DNA of 64,000 bases. It comes from Octopus sinensis. Taxonomy: Eukaryota. Every line of letters starts with the position of its first letter. Position 1 is the stretch's first letter. Location: NCBI RefSeq assembly GCF_006345805.1, contig NC_043012.1, positions 35,960,001 through 36,024,000 of the forward strand. The letters are read 5' to 3'. A program made the translations under genes and the position numbers. Shown one piece after another: positions 26,060 through 38,785 of the stretch. A model generated the notes under the pieces. The model was not told the origin of the DNA and searched no databases. It worked only from the letters and a program-made list of their open reading frames with translations.

Positions 26060-26292
26060 GTGATAATAATGATAATAATCCCTTCTACTACAGGCACAAG
26101 GCATGAAATTTTGGGGGAGGGTGCCAGTTGATTAGATTGACCTCAGTATGCAACTGGTACCTAATTTATCGACCTGGGAGGATGAAAGGCAAAGTCGATC
26201 TTGGCCGAATTTGAACTCGGAATGTAAAGACAGACGAAATACTACTAAACATTTTGTCCTATGTGCTAACGTTTCTGCCAGCTAGCTGCCTT
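25757..26292 (-). mobile_element. Two tandem SINE family A copies (about 25757-25960 and 26076-26292) separated by (TAA)n
   Basis: Both are reverse complements of family A, containing gatgaaag.ca.agtc.a.cttgg..gaatttgaactc. Confidence 0.8.
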
Positions 26293-26302
26293 AATAATAA
26301 TA

Positions 26303-26610
26303 ATTATGGAGACCTGAGAATTGAGATTGTTAAGATGTGGCAGCTACGAGAGTCAAACATAAAGGTTATCCCTATTGTCATCGGAGCGTTGGATTCAATA
26401 CCACCCAGTCTGAAAAAACATCTGAAAACCTTAGAAATACTCTACAACCTAAATTTATTGTAAAAGTCGGCATTACATGGAACTGCACGCATATTGCATA
26501 AAGTACCGTCTGTCTGTGGTCCTTGTTGTGACTTGACAAACAGTGCAAAAACCCAGTAGACACAATATCTTCAATCAATAACCCCATGATACTGTATACT
26601 GTGCAACATC
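26303..26610 (+). mobile_element. 3' fragment of an R4/Dong-like RLE element
   Basis: YGDLRIEIVKMWQL..VIPIVIGALD..KSALHGTARILHKV, lying between (TAA)n tracts. Confidence 0.75.
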
Positions 26611-26642
<32 letters not shown>

Positions 26643-27568
26643 TGATAATAATCCTTTCTAGAATAGGCACAAGGCCTGAAATTTGGGGTAAGGGATCTAG
26701 TTGATTTCGTCAGCCATGCTAAGGATATTGCCTGCCTGTCACTTGTCACCATGAGACATAAGTCTTAAACACATCTGGTCAGTTTCCCTCTCTCTCTCTC
26801 TCTCCTTTTACTCTTTCTAATGGTCAGTGGTTTCACCCACCTCTCTACTCTTCAACATCACCATCAACATCATCATTATCACCATTATCAGCGTCATAGT
26901 TATTGTAATCATCAACATGATTACCACCACCATCATCATCATCATCACCATCATCATCAGCACCATCACCATCTTCATCATCATCATCACCACCGCCACC
27001 ATCACCACCATCATTATCATCATCACCATCACCATTGTCATCATCATCACCACCACCACTATCATCATTATCATCGTCGTCCTAGTGAAATCTTTCTCCC
27101 ACCTTTGCACCCCGTCCCCCACCCCATCATGTACCCCTGCTAAATAAACGGCAAGTACACATCTCAGTGTTTATCCAGATTGCAGCTGCTTTCCTTTAAA
27201 CTTGTTCTACATCAGTGACTGGTCTTCCTGCCCGTGGCTCACATGCAAACACCTCCACCCCTTACTTCCTACCACTTCCCATCCACAACCACACACACAC
27301 ACACACACACAACACACACACAACACACACACACACATTGATACTTATAATATTAAGTTTATTCAAGGAACAAATACTATTAACCAAAACCATGTCAGGG
27401 TGGCTACGGTTAATAATATAAGTATAAAAAGCTATAATGCCACCTTCTCAAAGCCAACTGTAGAAATACGTAGTTTATTCCACATTTATAAATGCTATTT
27501 TGATACTATTTTAGTAAAAAATATGTTCTAAATTCCTTCCGTAAATGTAATGAAAAATTATATATATA

Positions 27569-27960
27569 GACTCAGGGGTGGCTGTGTGGTAGGGAATTTA
27601 TTTCCCAACTACATGGTTCTGGGTTCAGTTCCACTGTATGCCACTTTGGGCAAGTGTCTTCTACTATCGGCTCAGGATGACTGAGGCCTTGTGAGTGGAG
27701 TTTGTAAATGGAAGCTGAAAGAAGCTTGTCATATGTGTGTGTTTGTGTGTTTGTCTTTGTGTTTGTGTTTGTCCTCCACCATCGCTTGTCAACTGGTGTT
27801 GGTGTACTTACATCCCTGCAACTTGGCGGCTCAGCAAAAGAGACTGAAAGAATAAGTACCAGGCTTTAAATCAGAAAAAATGGTATTCATTCAACTACAA
27901 AATTTTTTAAGTTGGTGCCCCAGCATGGCCACAGTCCAATGACTGAGAAAAGTAAAAGAT
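27569..27960 (+). mobile_element. SINE family B copy
   Basis: ggggtggctgtgtggtagg...gggttcagttcc...ctttgggcaagtgtcttctactat...ccagcatggccacagtccaatgactga. Confidence 0.82.
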
Positions 27961-28294
27961 AAAGAATATGTGTGTGGGTGTGTGTACATATATATCATTA
28001 TCACCATCATCATCATCATCATTATTTAAAGATCTGTATTCCATGCGTTGGACAGTTTGACAGGATTTGACACGTCCAAGGACTGTGACATGCTGCTGTG
28101 TCAGCTTTGACATGGTTTCTACAGCTGAATACCCGTCCTAAAGCCAACTACTTCACAGACTGGACTGGGGGGGGGGGCTTCTTTCATGTCACCAATACTA
28201 TTGAACTCAACATGTAGCTCACAAGACTACAAAGAGCTTTAAAGTGTGTGTGTGTATGTGTACATGTGTATGCATGTATGATTATATGTGTATA

Positions 28295-28553
28295 CATCAT
28301 CTTCATCATCATCCTCATCGTTTACCGTCCGCTTTCCATGCTAGCATGGGTTGGACGATTCAACTGGGGTCTGGGAAGCCAGGAAGCTGCACCAAGCCCA
28401 TTCTGATCTGGCAGTGTTTCTACAGCTGGATGCCCTTCCTAATACCAACCACTCCGTGAGTGTAGTGGGTGCTATTTACGTGCCACCGGCACAGGTGCCA
28501 GGCAAGGCTGGCAATGGCCACGATTGGTTGGTGCCTTTTACGTGCCACCAGCA
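28295..28553 (-). mobile_element. RTE 3'-end copy
   Basis: catcgtttaccgtccgctttccatgctagcatgggttggacg...gtgccaccagca is the reverse complement of the LINE tail. Confidence 0.88.
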
Positions 28554-28659
28554 TATATGTGTGTGTGTGTGTGTGTATGTATACGGACAAATCTGCATCA
28601 TGCAATGCAGAGTAGATAAACAAAAGAACTTTAAACAGTCAAATCGAAGGATATTAAGT

Positions 28660-28745
28660 AAAAAGCCTGAAGAAACTACACCAGTAATATAGTAGGGGTG
28701 CAGTTGCAATGGTTACCAATTGGTGCAGTTGAAACGTGTGTTGGT
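28660..28745 (+). ncRNA. Degenerate hammerhead motif
   Basis: CTGAAGA (28667-28673), stem II AACTACACC/GGTGCAGTT (8 of 9 pairs), then GAAACGTGT. Stem I and the cleavage site are unclear. Confidence 0.4.
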
Positions 28746-29492
28746 CTATGTAAAGCTGAATATATATCAAAAGAATTTAAGGTGATGCTATGCAACTTCA
28801 TAATGATCCTTATTGTTCATGTATATATGAGTGGGTTTACTGAGAAGCTCATGTATATGGACAACCCCCAAATACCCCTTCCTCACCCCAAAAGGATTAG
28901 TAAAATAAAAATTATATGGTATAACCTCCTTTCAACCTTGAAGTTTCCACCATCATAGCTAGGGGCTTCCTGACATTAATTATGAAACACTTCCCCAGAG
29001 GTCACAAGTATTACAAATTTTTAACCCCCTAACATCAAGGTGAGCTAATCCATTCTTGGACACCATCACATCTAACATCACACGCATCAAGAGATGTAAA
29101 AATGCACCACCTCAACCCCAACCTGCAACTCCTAAAACCCAACCATGTGCCCTAGTATACAGAGCCACCGTTACAGCAATTGATGGCATTACTCGGCACA
29201 ATACGAGTATGACAGCTAATCACTCCAAGGGAAGCTACTCCCAGCATATGCACACACTCACATCCAGGTACAGGGAGAACTCTACTTATTTGTCTCATTT
29301 TCTCTGGAGACTCCGTGACCTCTGAGACAAAACACCCTGCATCAAGTGAACTAAATATATATATGTGTGTGTGTGTGCATATATATATATGTATATATAT
29401 ATATGTATATTGTACATATGTATTATATATGTATATATATATATATATACATATATGCATACATATATATATATATATATATACATACATAT

Positions 29493-29537
<45 letters not shown>

Positions 29538-29562
29538 ATTATATTATATATATTTATGTGCT

Positions 29563-29597
<35 letters not shown>

Positions 29598-29698
29598 TCA
29601 TGTTGAAACAGACATTATCTTGGGAGGATCATTTTGCCAATAAAAGCGCACACATTGATTCTGTTTTACGTTTTCCATTATTATTATTATTATTATTA

Positions 29699-29729
<31 letters not shown>

Positions 29730-30107
29730 CATTATCATCATCATTATTATTATTAATTAATTTAGTTAATTATTATTATTAGTTATTATTAGTAGTTAAC
29801 CAATTAACCAATTAACTAATTGATCATTTGATTAATCTTTCAATGAAGCAATCTCATCTCAGTAGTCCCGAATCCTTCCACTGCCATTTGAAACCTCAAC
29901 AATAACACACACTTGTTACTTTAGTTCCATCTCTTTGTCCCAGTGTATGTGTGTGTGTGTGTGCATGCATGTATATTACACACACACATCCACACATGTA
30001 TATACATAAATACATAAATACATGCATACACACATATATATATATATAATATATATGTATATATATATATGTTTATATATATATATATATATACATACAT
30101 ACACATA

Positions 30108-30980
30108 CAGGGTGTGATGGGTAAATTGTTGCCATTTTATATTCTTAATTTTGCCCATGCGCATTGTTTGTTTTTGATTTTGTCGATTACACAGTACAGT
30201 AGGGTCAGTTGGGCACCGTCTGTGAGAGAATCAGCACCATGACACAATTCACTCTGCCAGATATTTGGAAACCACATGCTGTACTGCTTGGCATTCAAGC
30301 CAGAAGCTCCAATATGAACATTTCAGAGTGTCTGGGTGTCAATCTGAGGACATGAACCAAGAGTGATAAAAATCAAACATCCAGTCTGCGTCATGGTGTT
30401 TGAAGTGATCATCAGTGATGGTGACGTTATGCCTCCATTCATCTTCCTACACAGCCTTAGACTCGACATGGAGGCCTACATCAAGTGCTTGAACGAGGTA
30501 GTGCTGCTCTGGGTTAAAAGGGTGGCTGCTGGAAGATTTTATGTCTGGCAGAAGGACTCTGCACCATGCTATACAAGCAGGAGAACCCTGTCATGGTTGT
30601 CAGACAATTTCTGTGACCACATCATTCTTAACATCTGGCCACCCAACTCCCCAGACTGCAACCCCCTTGATTATCATGTGTAGGGCGCAGTTGATCGAGA
30701 GACCAACAAAACTCCTTGTAACACAAAAGATGAACTGAAGGCAAGGATTATGGCAGCATTCACCAACTTCAACAAGGTGACCATCCAGAAGAGTTGCAGG
30801 AGATTCTGAAGTCATCTGGAGGCCATGGTTGAAGCCAATGGTGATTTTATTGAATATATTTACTTTTTAGCATTTCATGATATTTTTCTGTAATTTTGGT
30901 AAATATATCTGTTAAAATGAGATGACAGTGTTATTTTCATTTTTGCATAATTTAGACAACAATATATTCACCGCACCCTG
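30108..30980 (+). mobile_element. Internally deleted Tc1/mariner element of the DD37D (maT) type
   Basis: TA|CAGGGTG...CACCCTG|TA termini. ORF 30363-30683 contains WQKDSAP...WPPNSPDCNPLDY, with 37 residues between the two Asp. Confidence 0.88.
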
Positions 30981-31027
30981 TACATATATATATATATATA
31001 TATGAATGTATATAAATGTTTGTGTAC

Positions 31028-31275
31028 CATCGTCATCGTTTAACATCTATTTTCCATGCTGGCATGGATTGGACGGTTCGACTGGGGTCTGGGAAGCCAG
31101 GAGGCTGCACCAGGCTCCAGTCTGATCTGGCAGTGTTTCTACAGCTGGATACCCTTCCTAATGCCAACTTCTCCAAGAGTGTAGTTGGTGCTTTTTTACA
31201 TGGTACCGGCAGGGGCCTGAGGGGGCTGGCATCGACCACAATCAGATGCTGCTTTTTATGTACCACTGGCATGAA
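31028..31275 (-). mobile_element. RTE 3'-end copy
   Basis: catcgtttaacatctattttccatgctggcatggattggacggttcg... belongs to the same family. Confidence 0.85.
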
Positions 31276-31644
31276 AGCCAATAATATATGTAAATAGATG
31301 TGGATGTATTTTTACAAGGAAAAAGTTGACAATTGCTTAGATGTTTTGGACGTACAGCCTTCATAATCCCCAAAATCCAAAACTCTGAAGAGTCAACTTT
31401 TTCCTTGCAAACATGAAACATGTTATTCTTCAGTTTAATACTGAACTGTTTTTATATATAACTTTACACAGAAATGTCAATATATCTATATCCATATGCT
31501 TATCTATTAAATGAGATATACATACATACATTTATATATATATATATATATATATGGATCAAAACAGTTTGATTCAAACTCCTTGGTACTCTGATCTTCA
31601 AGCCTGTCGCTAGTCTTTGGTCATCGTCATCGTCATCATCATCG

Positions 31645-31729
31645 TTATTATTATTCAGGTCACTGCCTGGAATCGAACTCGGAATTTTGGGGTTAGTAGC
31701 CCATGCTCTTAACCACTATGCCATATGCC
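31645..31729 (-). mobile_element. Short tRNA-derived SINE head with TAA/TGA tail
   Basis: The minus strand reads GGCATATGGCATAGTGGTTAAGAGCATGGGCTACTAACCCCAAAATTCCGAGTTCGATTCCAGGCAGTGACC. A and B boxes are present, but acceptor-stem pairing is poor. Confidence 0.6.
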
Positions 31730-31850
31730 TGTGGGCATATGTTCTATGAACAATAATAATAATAATAATAATAATACTAATGATAATGATAATAATAATA
31801 ATATTGAAAAATACCTTAGGAATGAGAACCCAGGTTCGAAATTTCCCCAA

Positions 31851-31895
31851 GATACCTGATAAAGGCTGGAGGGTATATCAGCCGAACCGTGTTAA
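31851..31895 (+). ncRNA. Degenerate hammerhead motif
   Basis: CTGATaA-A-GGCTG gagggtatat CAGCC-GAAcCGT. Stem II is perfect and two core positions are altered. Confidence 0.45.
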
Positions 31896-34021
31896 CAACA
31901 AACAAGATGAGGACAAATATCCGTCGAATGTAAATAATGTAAATAATGTACATAATTCCTCATCTCTTAAATATAGAACTGTATACATAAATTAGTTCTT
32001 CCATGCATGAATTAAGGCATATTAATATCATTCAAGATATTTTTCTCATTACAGTGACAGATTAAGGAAAGCTTTTTGTTTCTAGAAAAATCTTTTAAAA
32101 ATGTGAATTTTGAAAATGTTTTGTTGAATCTGTGTTGACAGTATGCTGCTGAGAAGATTGGGTTCTATCTTTCACCCTGGGGTATATATCTGTTCCTTCA
32201 GGCGCATGTGTGTAAATGTGTGTGTGTTTGTGTGTGTGTCTCTGGAAGTGACCAGGTAAAGCTATCGAGTTGGTTAGTGAGTACTTTAAGATGAATCGCA
32301 GAGTTATCAGTGAAGTTGAGAGGTGGAATGTCTAGACAGGAAACATATTGCTAGGGTACAGAAGGTCGTTGTCGTCATCATCATCATCATTGTCATCATC
32401 ATTGTTGCCATCGTCATCATCGTCATCATTATCATCTGCACTACCTACACCATTATCATCATCATCATCATCACTACCACCACCACTATTACCACCACCA
32501 TCATCTTCCTCATCATATCTTCATCTTCTTCATCATCATCATCATCATCATCATTTGTTTAAAGGGAAGGGTTTGTTTCATGCCAGTAAAAAGGAAGTTC
32601 CTGTTACTGAAGGTCACATGATGTCACTTTATGATTTCTTGTTTTGCAAGGAGGGCAGGGTGGGGTTAAGAATGTTGCTGAAGGACACATTGGCATTCTT
32701 CATTCCATATAATTACTGTAAAGAATCAAATCCTCAGGGTTTGGGGCACAAACTGGTGCCCCATGATTCCTTTTGGTTCTGGCTTAAACCCTGTTATCCG
32801 CTGTCAGCAAAACGCATCCACTAATCTTCTACTTAGCCCTTCTTATCCATTATCAACACATCCCTTAATCCTTTACTTAAACTCTGTTATTCACTGCCTG
32901 CTAAACCCATCCTTCGACTCCCTACTTACAAGCTGGACCCTGTGGTCACCCTGTGTTCTGTTAACCATGATGATCATATTTAATGATTCACAAAGTTACA
33001 CAGCTTCTAGTTCCATGAGAGGCTCCTGTAGGAGGAAGGGGTCATTCAGCATATTAGAAATAGCAGCCAAATCTCTCTCAAATTATACATTATGATCATA
33101 AACCAAAGGTTCCCACTGGTCAATGTATTTCTAGTTATATCAACAATATGGCTGAGGTAACAGAGCTCTGGGGAAATATTTTCTCCATACCAAAGACGAA
33201 TAGGGTAGAAATTCACATATTTAATACAGAGATTATCTATGTAATTAGTAGACAAAGCCTCCCTCTGGAAGGTGGTGGAGTGTCAAAATGTAAAATTTCC
33301 AAAGGAAGGGAGATAACTCAAAGAAAAACCCACTGAAGTTTTATGGAAAATTTAGGAAATCCATCTGAGAAAATGGCAATGAAATATTTCATTTTATTAC
33401 AATAATGGAAACTGAATTTTATTGTAGTAAAAGTTGAATTCTGCTGTAAGTTTGGGCAAACCCCAGATTGTCAGTGAAATTTGGTAGGTAGAATCTGTGC
33501 AAGTGTGTTTGTCTGATAGATTATACCTGTAATTAAATTGTGTCACTTTGGCTCTACCTGACAAACATGTTTCACCTTTTAGCATTCAGATTACTCTGTC
33601 AAAATCCAAAGCTTTATTTATTCACATCGTTTGGAATTAACCTCGTATTATCTTGTGGCTTTGCGTTTTCGAGGATGTAATTGTGTATTTTTAGAGTGAC
33701 ATTGTTGGACAGGTGTGAGTGGCCAGACCTGGCCAGTTTGGATATAAAACAAATGGAACATTTGAGCTGGATATGGGTGGTTTAAAGGGTAAAGGGTTGA
33801 GGGTACGAGTGTCTGAGGAATACTCAGCCAGTTATGTTATGTGACAAAGAGTAGATAATTGTGTTGATTGATGAACTGTGATGTTTATTCATCACCACAT
33901 GTGTTTTGTATTGAGAAGGAGGTTGGTGGGGGGTGGGGAAATGCATCTTGATGTAATCGTTTATGATTTGTGCAGATCTGGACCCTTTTGTAAACAGTAT
34001 TTTTTGGTACCTTTTTGTTAG

Positions 34022-34248
34022 ATCGTTGCATGGAAGCCAACCAACACGGCGTAGATCCTGAACAGCTAGCAGCACAGTTAGAAGGAATCCGGGATCCAGC
34101 TCACACATCCCCAGGGGATTCACCTTCCAGTTCTTCACACCAGGACTACTTTCTCACCCCAAGCATGTCTACCTCTGCTTGTAGCACACCGCACTCTGAT
34201 CTAACCATTTCCACTTCGTCAGATCGACAAAGACACGTCATAGACAAG
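34022..34248 (+). CDS. PCLO: Piccolo-like gene, linker exon with GVDPxQLAAxL motif
   Basis: Acceptor ctttttgttag and donor gtaaga. The 227 nt run phase 1 to phase 0: (D)RCMEANQHGVDPEQLAAQLEGIRD...RHVIDK. GVDPEQLAAQL matches the recalled Piccolo linker motif GVDPKQLAAEL, and a Ser/Pro-rich stretch follows. Confidence 0.88.
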
Positions 34249-34936
34249 GTAAGACTCGATCGATGCCGCATTTCTTCCTAAATTCCTGCTTTTCTCCTGC
34301 CATGTTGCTTTCAGCTTGTGTCTTGCTTCTTTCATCTTGTTTGACCCTCCACCCAGCCTCTCCCTCTCCATCCTCAATAAAATCATCTTTATGTGTAAAA
34401 ATACATAATTACCAACTCAGATTTTTTTTCCTACATGGAAAGCAATCAGTTAAGTCCTCATTAACTTGCTCAATGTAATGAGCAAGAAAATCTTAGTTCA
34501 CCACAACTCTCACTACAATGAAGAGTAGAAAAGGCTAACCGAATGTTTACACCTGTTTAGAGACTGGTTGTAGGAGGGGAGACAACTCAGATATCTGAAA
34601 TGACAAAAATGGGTCAACCCGCTCCCAAATCTAAATTAATGAAAATCGATATCTGCACACAGGTACACTACACACCTGCATGTAGTCACATCATTATTTA
34701 CTTACATAGAGACACATCACCTCACTACACCCACCCCTCCTCCAAATACACCAATGAGTACAAGTCATGTATTGTCGATATGTACTCTGAAATCCACGTA
34801 CTCGTTTTTCCCTCTCAGTTACTTCAGTTAAATCTTCTCTGTTCAGAGACTGAGAAACACCAAAGTGTGAGAGACTTGCTCCACATTTTGTAGGAAACAT
34901 TAGTTTACAGTGATTCCATTGAGAGAGAACCAATTA

Positions 34937-35104
34937 TTAACACTTGAACACCTGAAAGAGTACAGCATTTAACACTTGAACACCTGAAAGAGTACAGCAT
35001 TTAACACTTGAACACCTGAAAGAGTACAGCATTTAACACTTGAACACCTGAAAGAGTACAGCATTTAACACTTGAACACCTGAAAGACTACAGCATTTAA
35101 CACT
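34937..35104. repeat. 32-bp tandem repeat, 5.25 copies
   Basis: Unit ttaacacttgaacacctgaaagagtacagcat starts at 34937, 34969, 35001, 35033 and 35065, with one substitution in copy 5. Confidence 0.97.
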
Positions 35105-35123
35105 CAAGCAAGAGTATCAATGT

Positions 35124-35301
35124 CAGTGGTTTGGGACCCTTTTAATATCTGGGCCTGATCCAAAACCTGGATTTTTTTAGGGGTCCGCACCAAAAAAGGA
35201 AAACACAAATCAATTCAAGAAAAATATCTATAGAGGATGGACCACTGGAAAGATGCTTGAGGGCCACATGTGGCCCTGGGTGCTGCTTTTGAGAACCACT
35301 G
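35124..35301. mobile_element. Short hAT-type MITE remnant
   Basis: cagtggtt at the left end and gggccacatgtggccc...tttgagaaccactg at the right end. Confidence 0.5.
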
Positions 35302-35973
35302 ACCTTCAATTAACAGGTGGGGGATCAATAGAGTACCAGCTGTACTTTAGCTCCCTAGAGGATAGCACATTGGTATGTTAACCTTCACGTACTTACCATG
35401 TACTCTTCTTATGTAGAACTGCACTGAAGAACAGCAGACATTCCTCTCATCCTGACCCCTTAATCTCATCCTCCTAAACTGACCCCTACTCTCACCTCCT
35501 TATCTCTCCCTTAATCTCCCCATTGTCTGCAGAATCTTATGCAGAATACTGACATGCATTTTCTGTATATTGTCTATATTTATATCATCTTGCCATATGT
35601 TGTTGTTGTTGTTGTTGCTGCTATTGTTGTTGCTGTTATTGGTGGTGGTGGTGGTGGTGTGACTGTTGATATTATTGCTGTTGTTGTTGTTGGCAGTGGT
35701 GGTGGTGGTGGTGGTGGTGTTGCTGCTTCTATTTCTTTAGCAGAACTAGTGACAACCAAGTTGCTATTTTTGTAAAGGGTCAACTCTCAGCATTACTAGA
35801 AAGATACCACCAACACATATATATATATGTATGTATATATATGCATATGTGTATATATATATATATATATAATATATATATATATAAAATTAAATAAGGG
35901 TAGAAATTGATATTAATCAATTAAAACCAGTGGCCTAGCATATTTTAAAAAATCCGAAGATCAAATAATTTTT

Positions 35974-36236
35974 TACATACAAAATTTAGAGGACTGACCA
36001 CTAAAAGTGGACACCCAGTATGCTAGATATAGACGTCAAAATCACCATTTCCCACAGAGAATGTGTTCTCAAGAAAAAATTCAGCAAAAATCCAAAGCAT
36101 AAAACGATTTGTCTTGCTTATTTTTACGCTTTGGTTTTTTGCTGAATTTTTTCTTGAGAACACATCTTTTGACGTCTATATCTAGCATACAGGCTGTCCA
36201 CTTTTAGTGGTCAATCGTCTAAATTTTGTATATGTA
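35974..36236. repeat. Long inverted repeat / foldback element
   Basis: Arms about 35974-36104 and 36121-36236 are near-complementary, e.g. gaccactaaaagtggaca/tgtccacttttagtggtc and atgtgttctcaagaaaaaattcagcaaaaa/tttttgctgaattttttcttgagaacacat. Confidence 0.9.
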
Positions 36237-36272
36237 TATGTATATAATATATATATATATCTATATCTATAA

Positions 36273-36336
<64 letters not shown>

Positions 36337-36473
36337 TTATATATATAATATATATATATATCTATATATATAATATATATATGGGGAGAGTTTATGAAAA
36401 GAACAAAAGATGAAGACAGGTAGTGTACAAAACAAACAGATGTATTAGTATAACGCTCAGGAATTGAAAAAGT

Positions 36474-36510
36474 ATTTTACATTTCGAGCCTACGCTCTTC
36501 TACAGAAAAG
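36474..36510 (-). ncRNA. Degenerate hammerhead motif
   Basis: The minus strand reads tttt-CTGtAGA-A-GAGC gtag GCTC-GAAAtGT-A-aaa. Confidence 0.4.
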
Positions 36511-36798
36511 AACACAGAAAAAACAAGGAGAGAAAATATATACATATATATATGTGTGTGTGTGTAATTTCTTTTCCTAGCTTCAGCTTAAAGGCTGTGG
36601 TCAAGTAGGAGCACCACGAACTGGTGATGCTACATTTTCATTGCTCCTCCTTTGATAGTTGGCATTGAGTGAATGAGGGAGTTTGAAGCTGTTGCCCTCA
36701 TTTGCACTTCTTGCTGTGAAGTCTGCTCATCTGGGACTCTTGGCAGTAGGAGATCCAGTTTAGTTTCAAAGACATCTACATTTAATATACATACATAC

Positions 36799-36837
<39 letters not shown>

Positions 36838-36847
36838 GTATGTATAT

Positions 36848-36882
<35 letters not shown>

Positions 36883-37068
36883 GTATGTATGTATATATAT
36901 ATATATGTATGTATGTATGTATATGTATATATACATAATACATAAACATGTACATATATATGAATAAATATATATATTTACATGTGTGTACGGCTATATA
37001 CATACATACACTTATATATACATACATATATATATGTATATATATGTATATATATATATATATATATA

Positions 37069-37118
<50 letters not shown>

Positions 37119-37548
37119 GTTTATATATGTATATATATTGTTGCATATGTGTGTTATGTGTATGTGAATATAACACTAGGCATTTCCTAATCTAATCTCA
37201 AGCCGACTGTTGTCAGAACATTGATAAAATAAGTAATGGGCCTGGCTGTCCCCTCTTTGCAAATTAGGTTCTCAAGCCCCGGCTTTACCATTCCTCTTTC
37301 TGTCAGTGTAAGAAGTGCCTTACACTTTTAACATTGTGAAAAATATGGTGAGAAAATGGTCTTGTGAACTTTGCTGATAAGAAGAGATAGGGAGAGGCTG
37401 AAGGGGTTGGGAGGAGGGGTGTTACTGGTGCTTCTGTTAGCACAAAATATCATGTATATGCTTGTGTGTATGTACATATGTATGTATGTATGTATGTATG
37501 TATATAAACATATATACATATACATATATATTTTTGAGCTGAAACTAG

Positions 37549-37579
<31 letters not shown>

Positions 37580-37621
37580 TACACACACATATATTTATTT
37601 ATTTCTATATACATACATACA

Positions 37622-37655
<34 letters not shown>

Positions 37656-37663
37656 CATACATT

Positions 37664-37697
<34 letters not shown>

Positions 37698-38037
37698 TAT
37701 ATTTTCATACATGTGTGTGTGTGCATGTATAAATTCCTCTCAAAACCGAATAACTACTAAAATGAAGTGAATTGATTAAAGGCGCAGAATGAGTTTGTTA
37801 ATTATCTGTCAGTGATTAGAATTCTGTTAATGAATTCGGAGCCAAGCGGAGTGAAAGGTGAACCAAAAATATAGAAATAGGAGACTTCTTAAAGAAACTA
37901 GAATGATGCCAGGAAAAAAAATATTGGTAAAAAGCAACAAATATTATGAAACCTAGAGACTTCTTAAAGAGTGATGTGTTATGGTGAATGAAAAGTGTAC
38001 TATATTGAGGAAATACAGAATTAATATAGACTATGTG

Positions 38038-38151
<114 letters not shown>

Positions 38152-38222
38152 TATACATATATATATATAAAAGTATGTATGTATATGTATATATACACAT
38201 ACATGCAATTATATACATATAT

Positions 38223-38276
<54 letters not shown>

Positions 38277-38711
38277 ATGCACACACACATAGCCAAAGGC
38301 TAGAACACCTTCAATCACTGCATTAGGACTGACCTAAGGTCAACAGAGCACCAACCAGACTAAGACAGGGCTTCTGAATTATTTTTTAACTTACTAGAAA
38401 TAACAGTTAAATCTCTCTCACCTAATGTCTTAAAAATATAATATAGCCACATATATATAGGTTAAAGCAGTGAGAAAAGGCAAACAATTAGAAAGACTTG
38501 ACAAGGACATTTAAATTTTTTTTACAGTTAGAGGTTGGTCATGGATGGAGCATCTGTTATCATAGGTTTGCTTAACTAGGACTGGAGTTCAATACCACCA
38601 CCATCATTTGATTATAACCACTAACGTCTGGTTAAGGCATCAGTGTTGTTGTGTTGCTTACATCATGTGTATATCTGCTCAACATTTCTACATGTATATA
38701 CATATAACTTC

Positions 38712-38744
<33 letters not shown>

Positions 38745-38785
38745 CATTTATATATGTATATATATTTATAACGTTTATATATATC

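Noticed and set aside
31658-31729. Functional tRNA gene (also the heads at about 4255 and 57361)
   Set aside because: Acceptor-stem pairing is poor and the sequence runs into SINE bodies or repeat tails, so these are treated as SINE heads.
34937-35104. CRISPR-like 32-bp repeats
   Set aside because: There are no spacers, no cas genes, and the context is eukaryotic.
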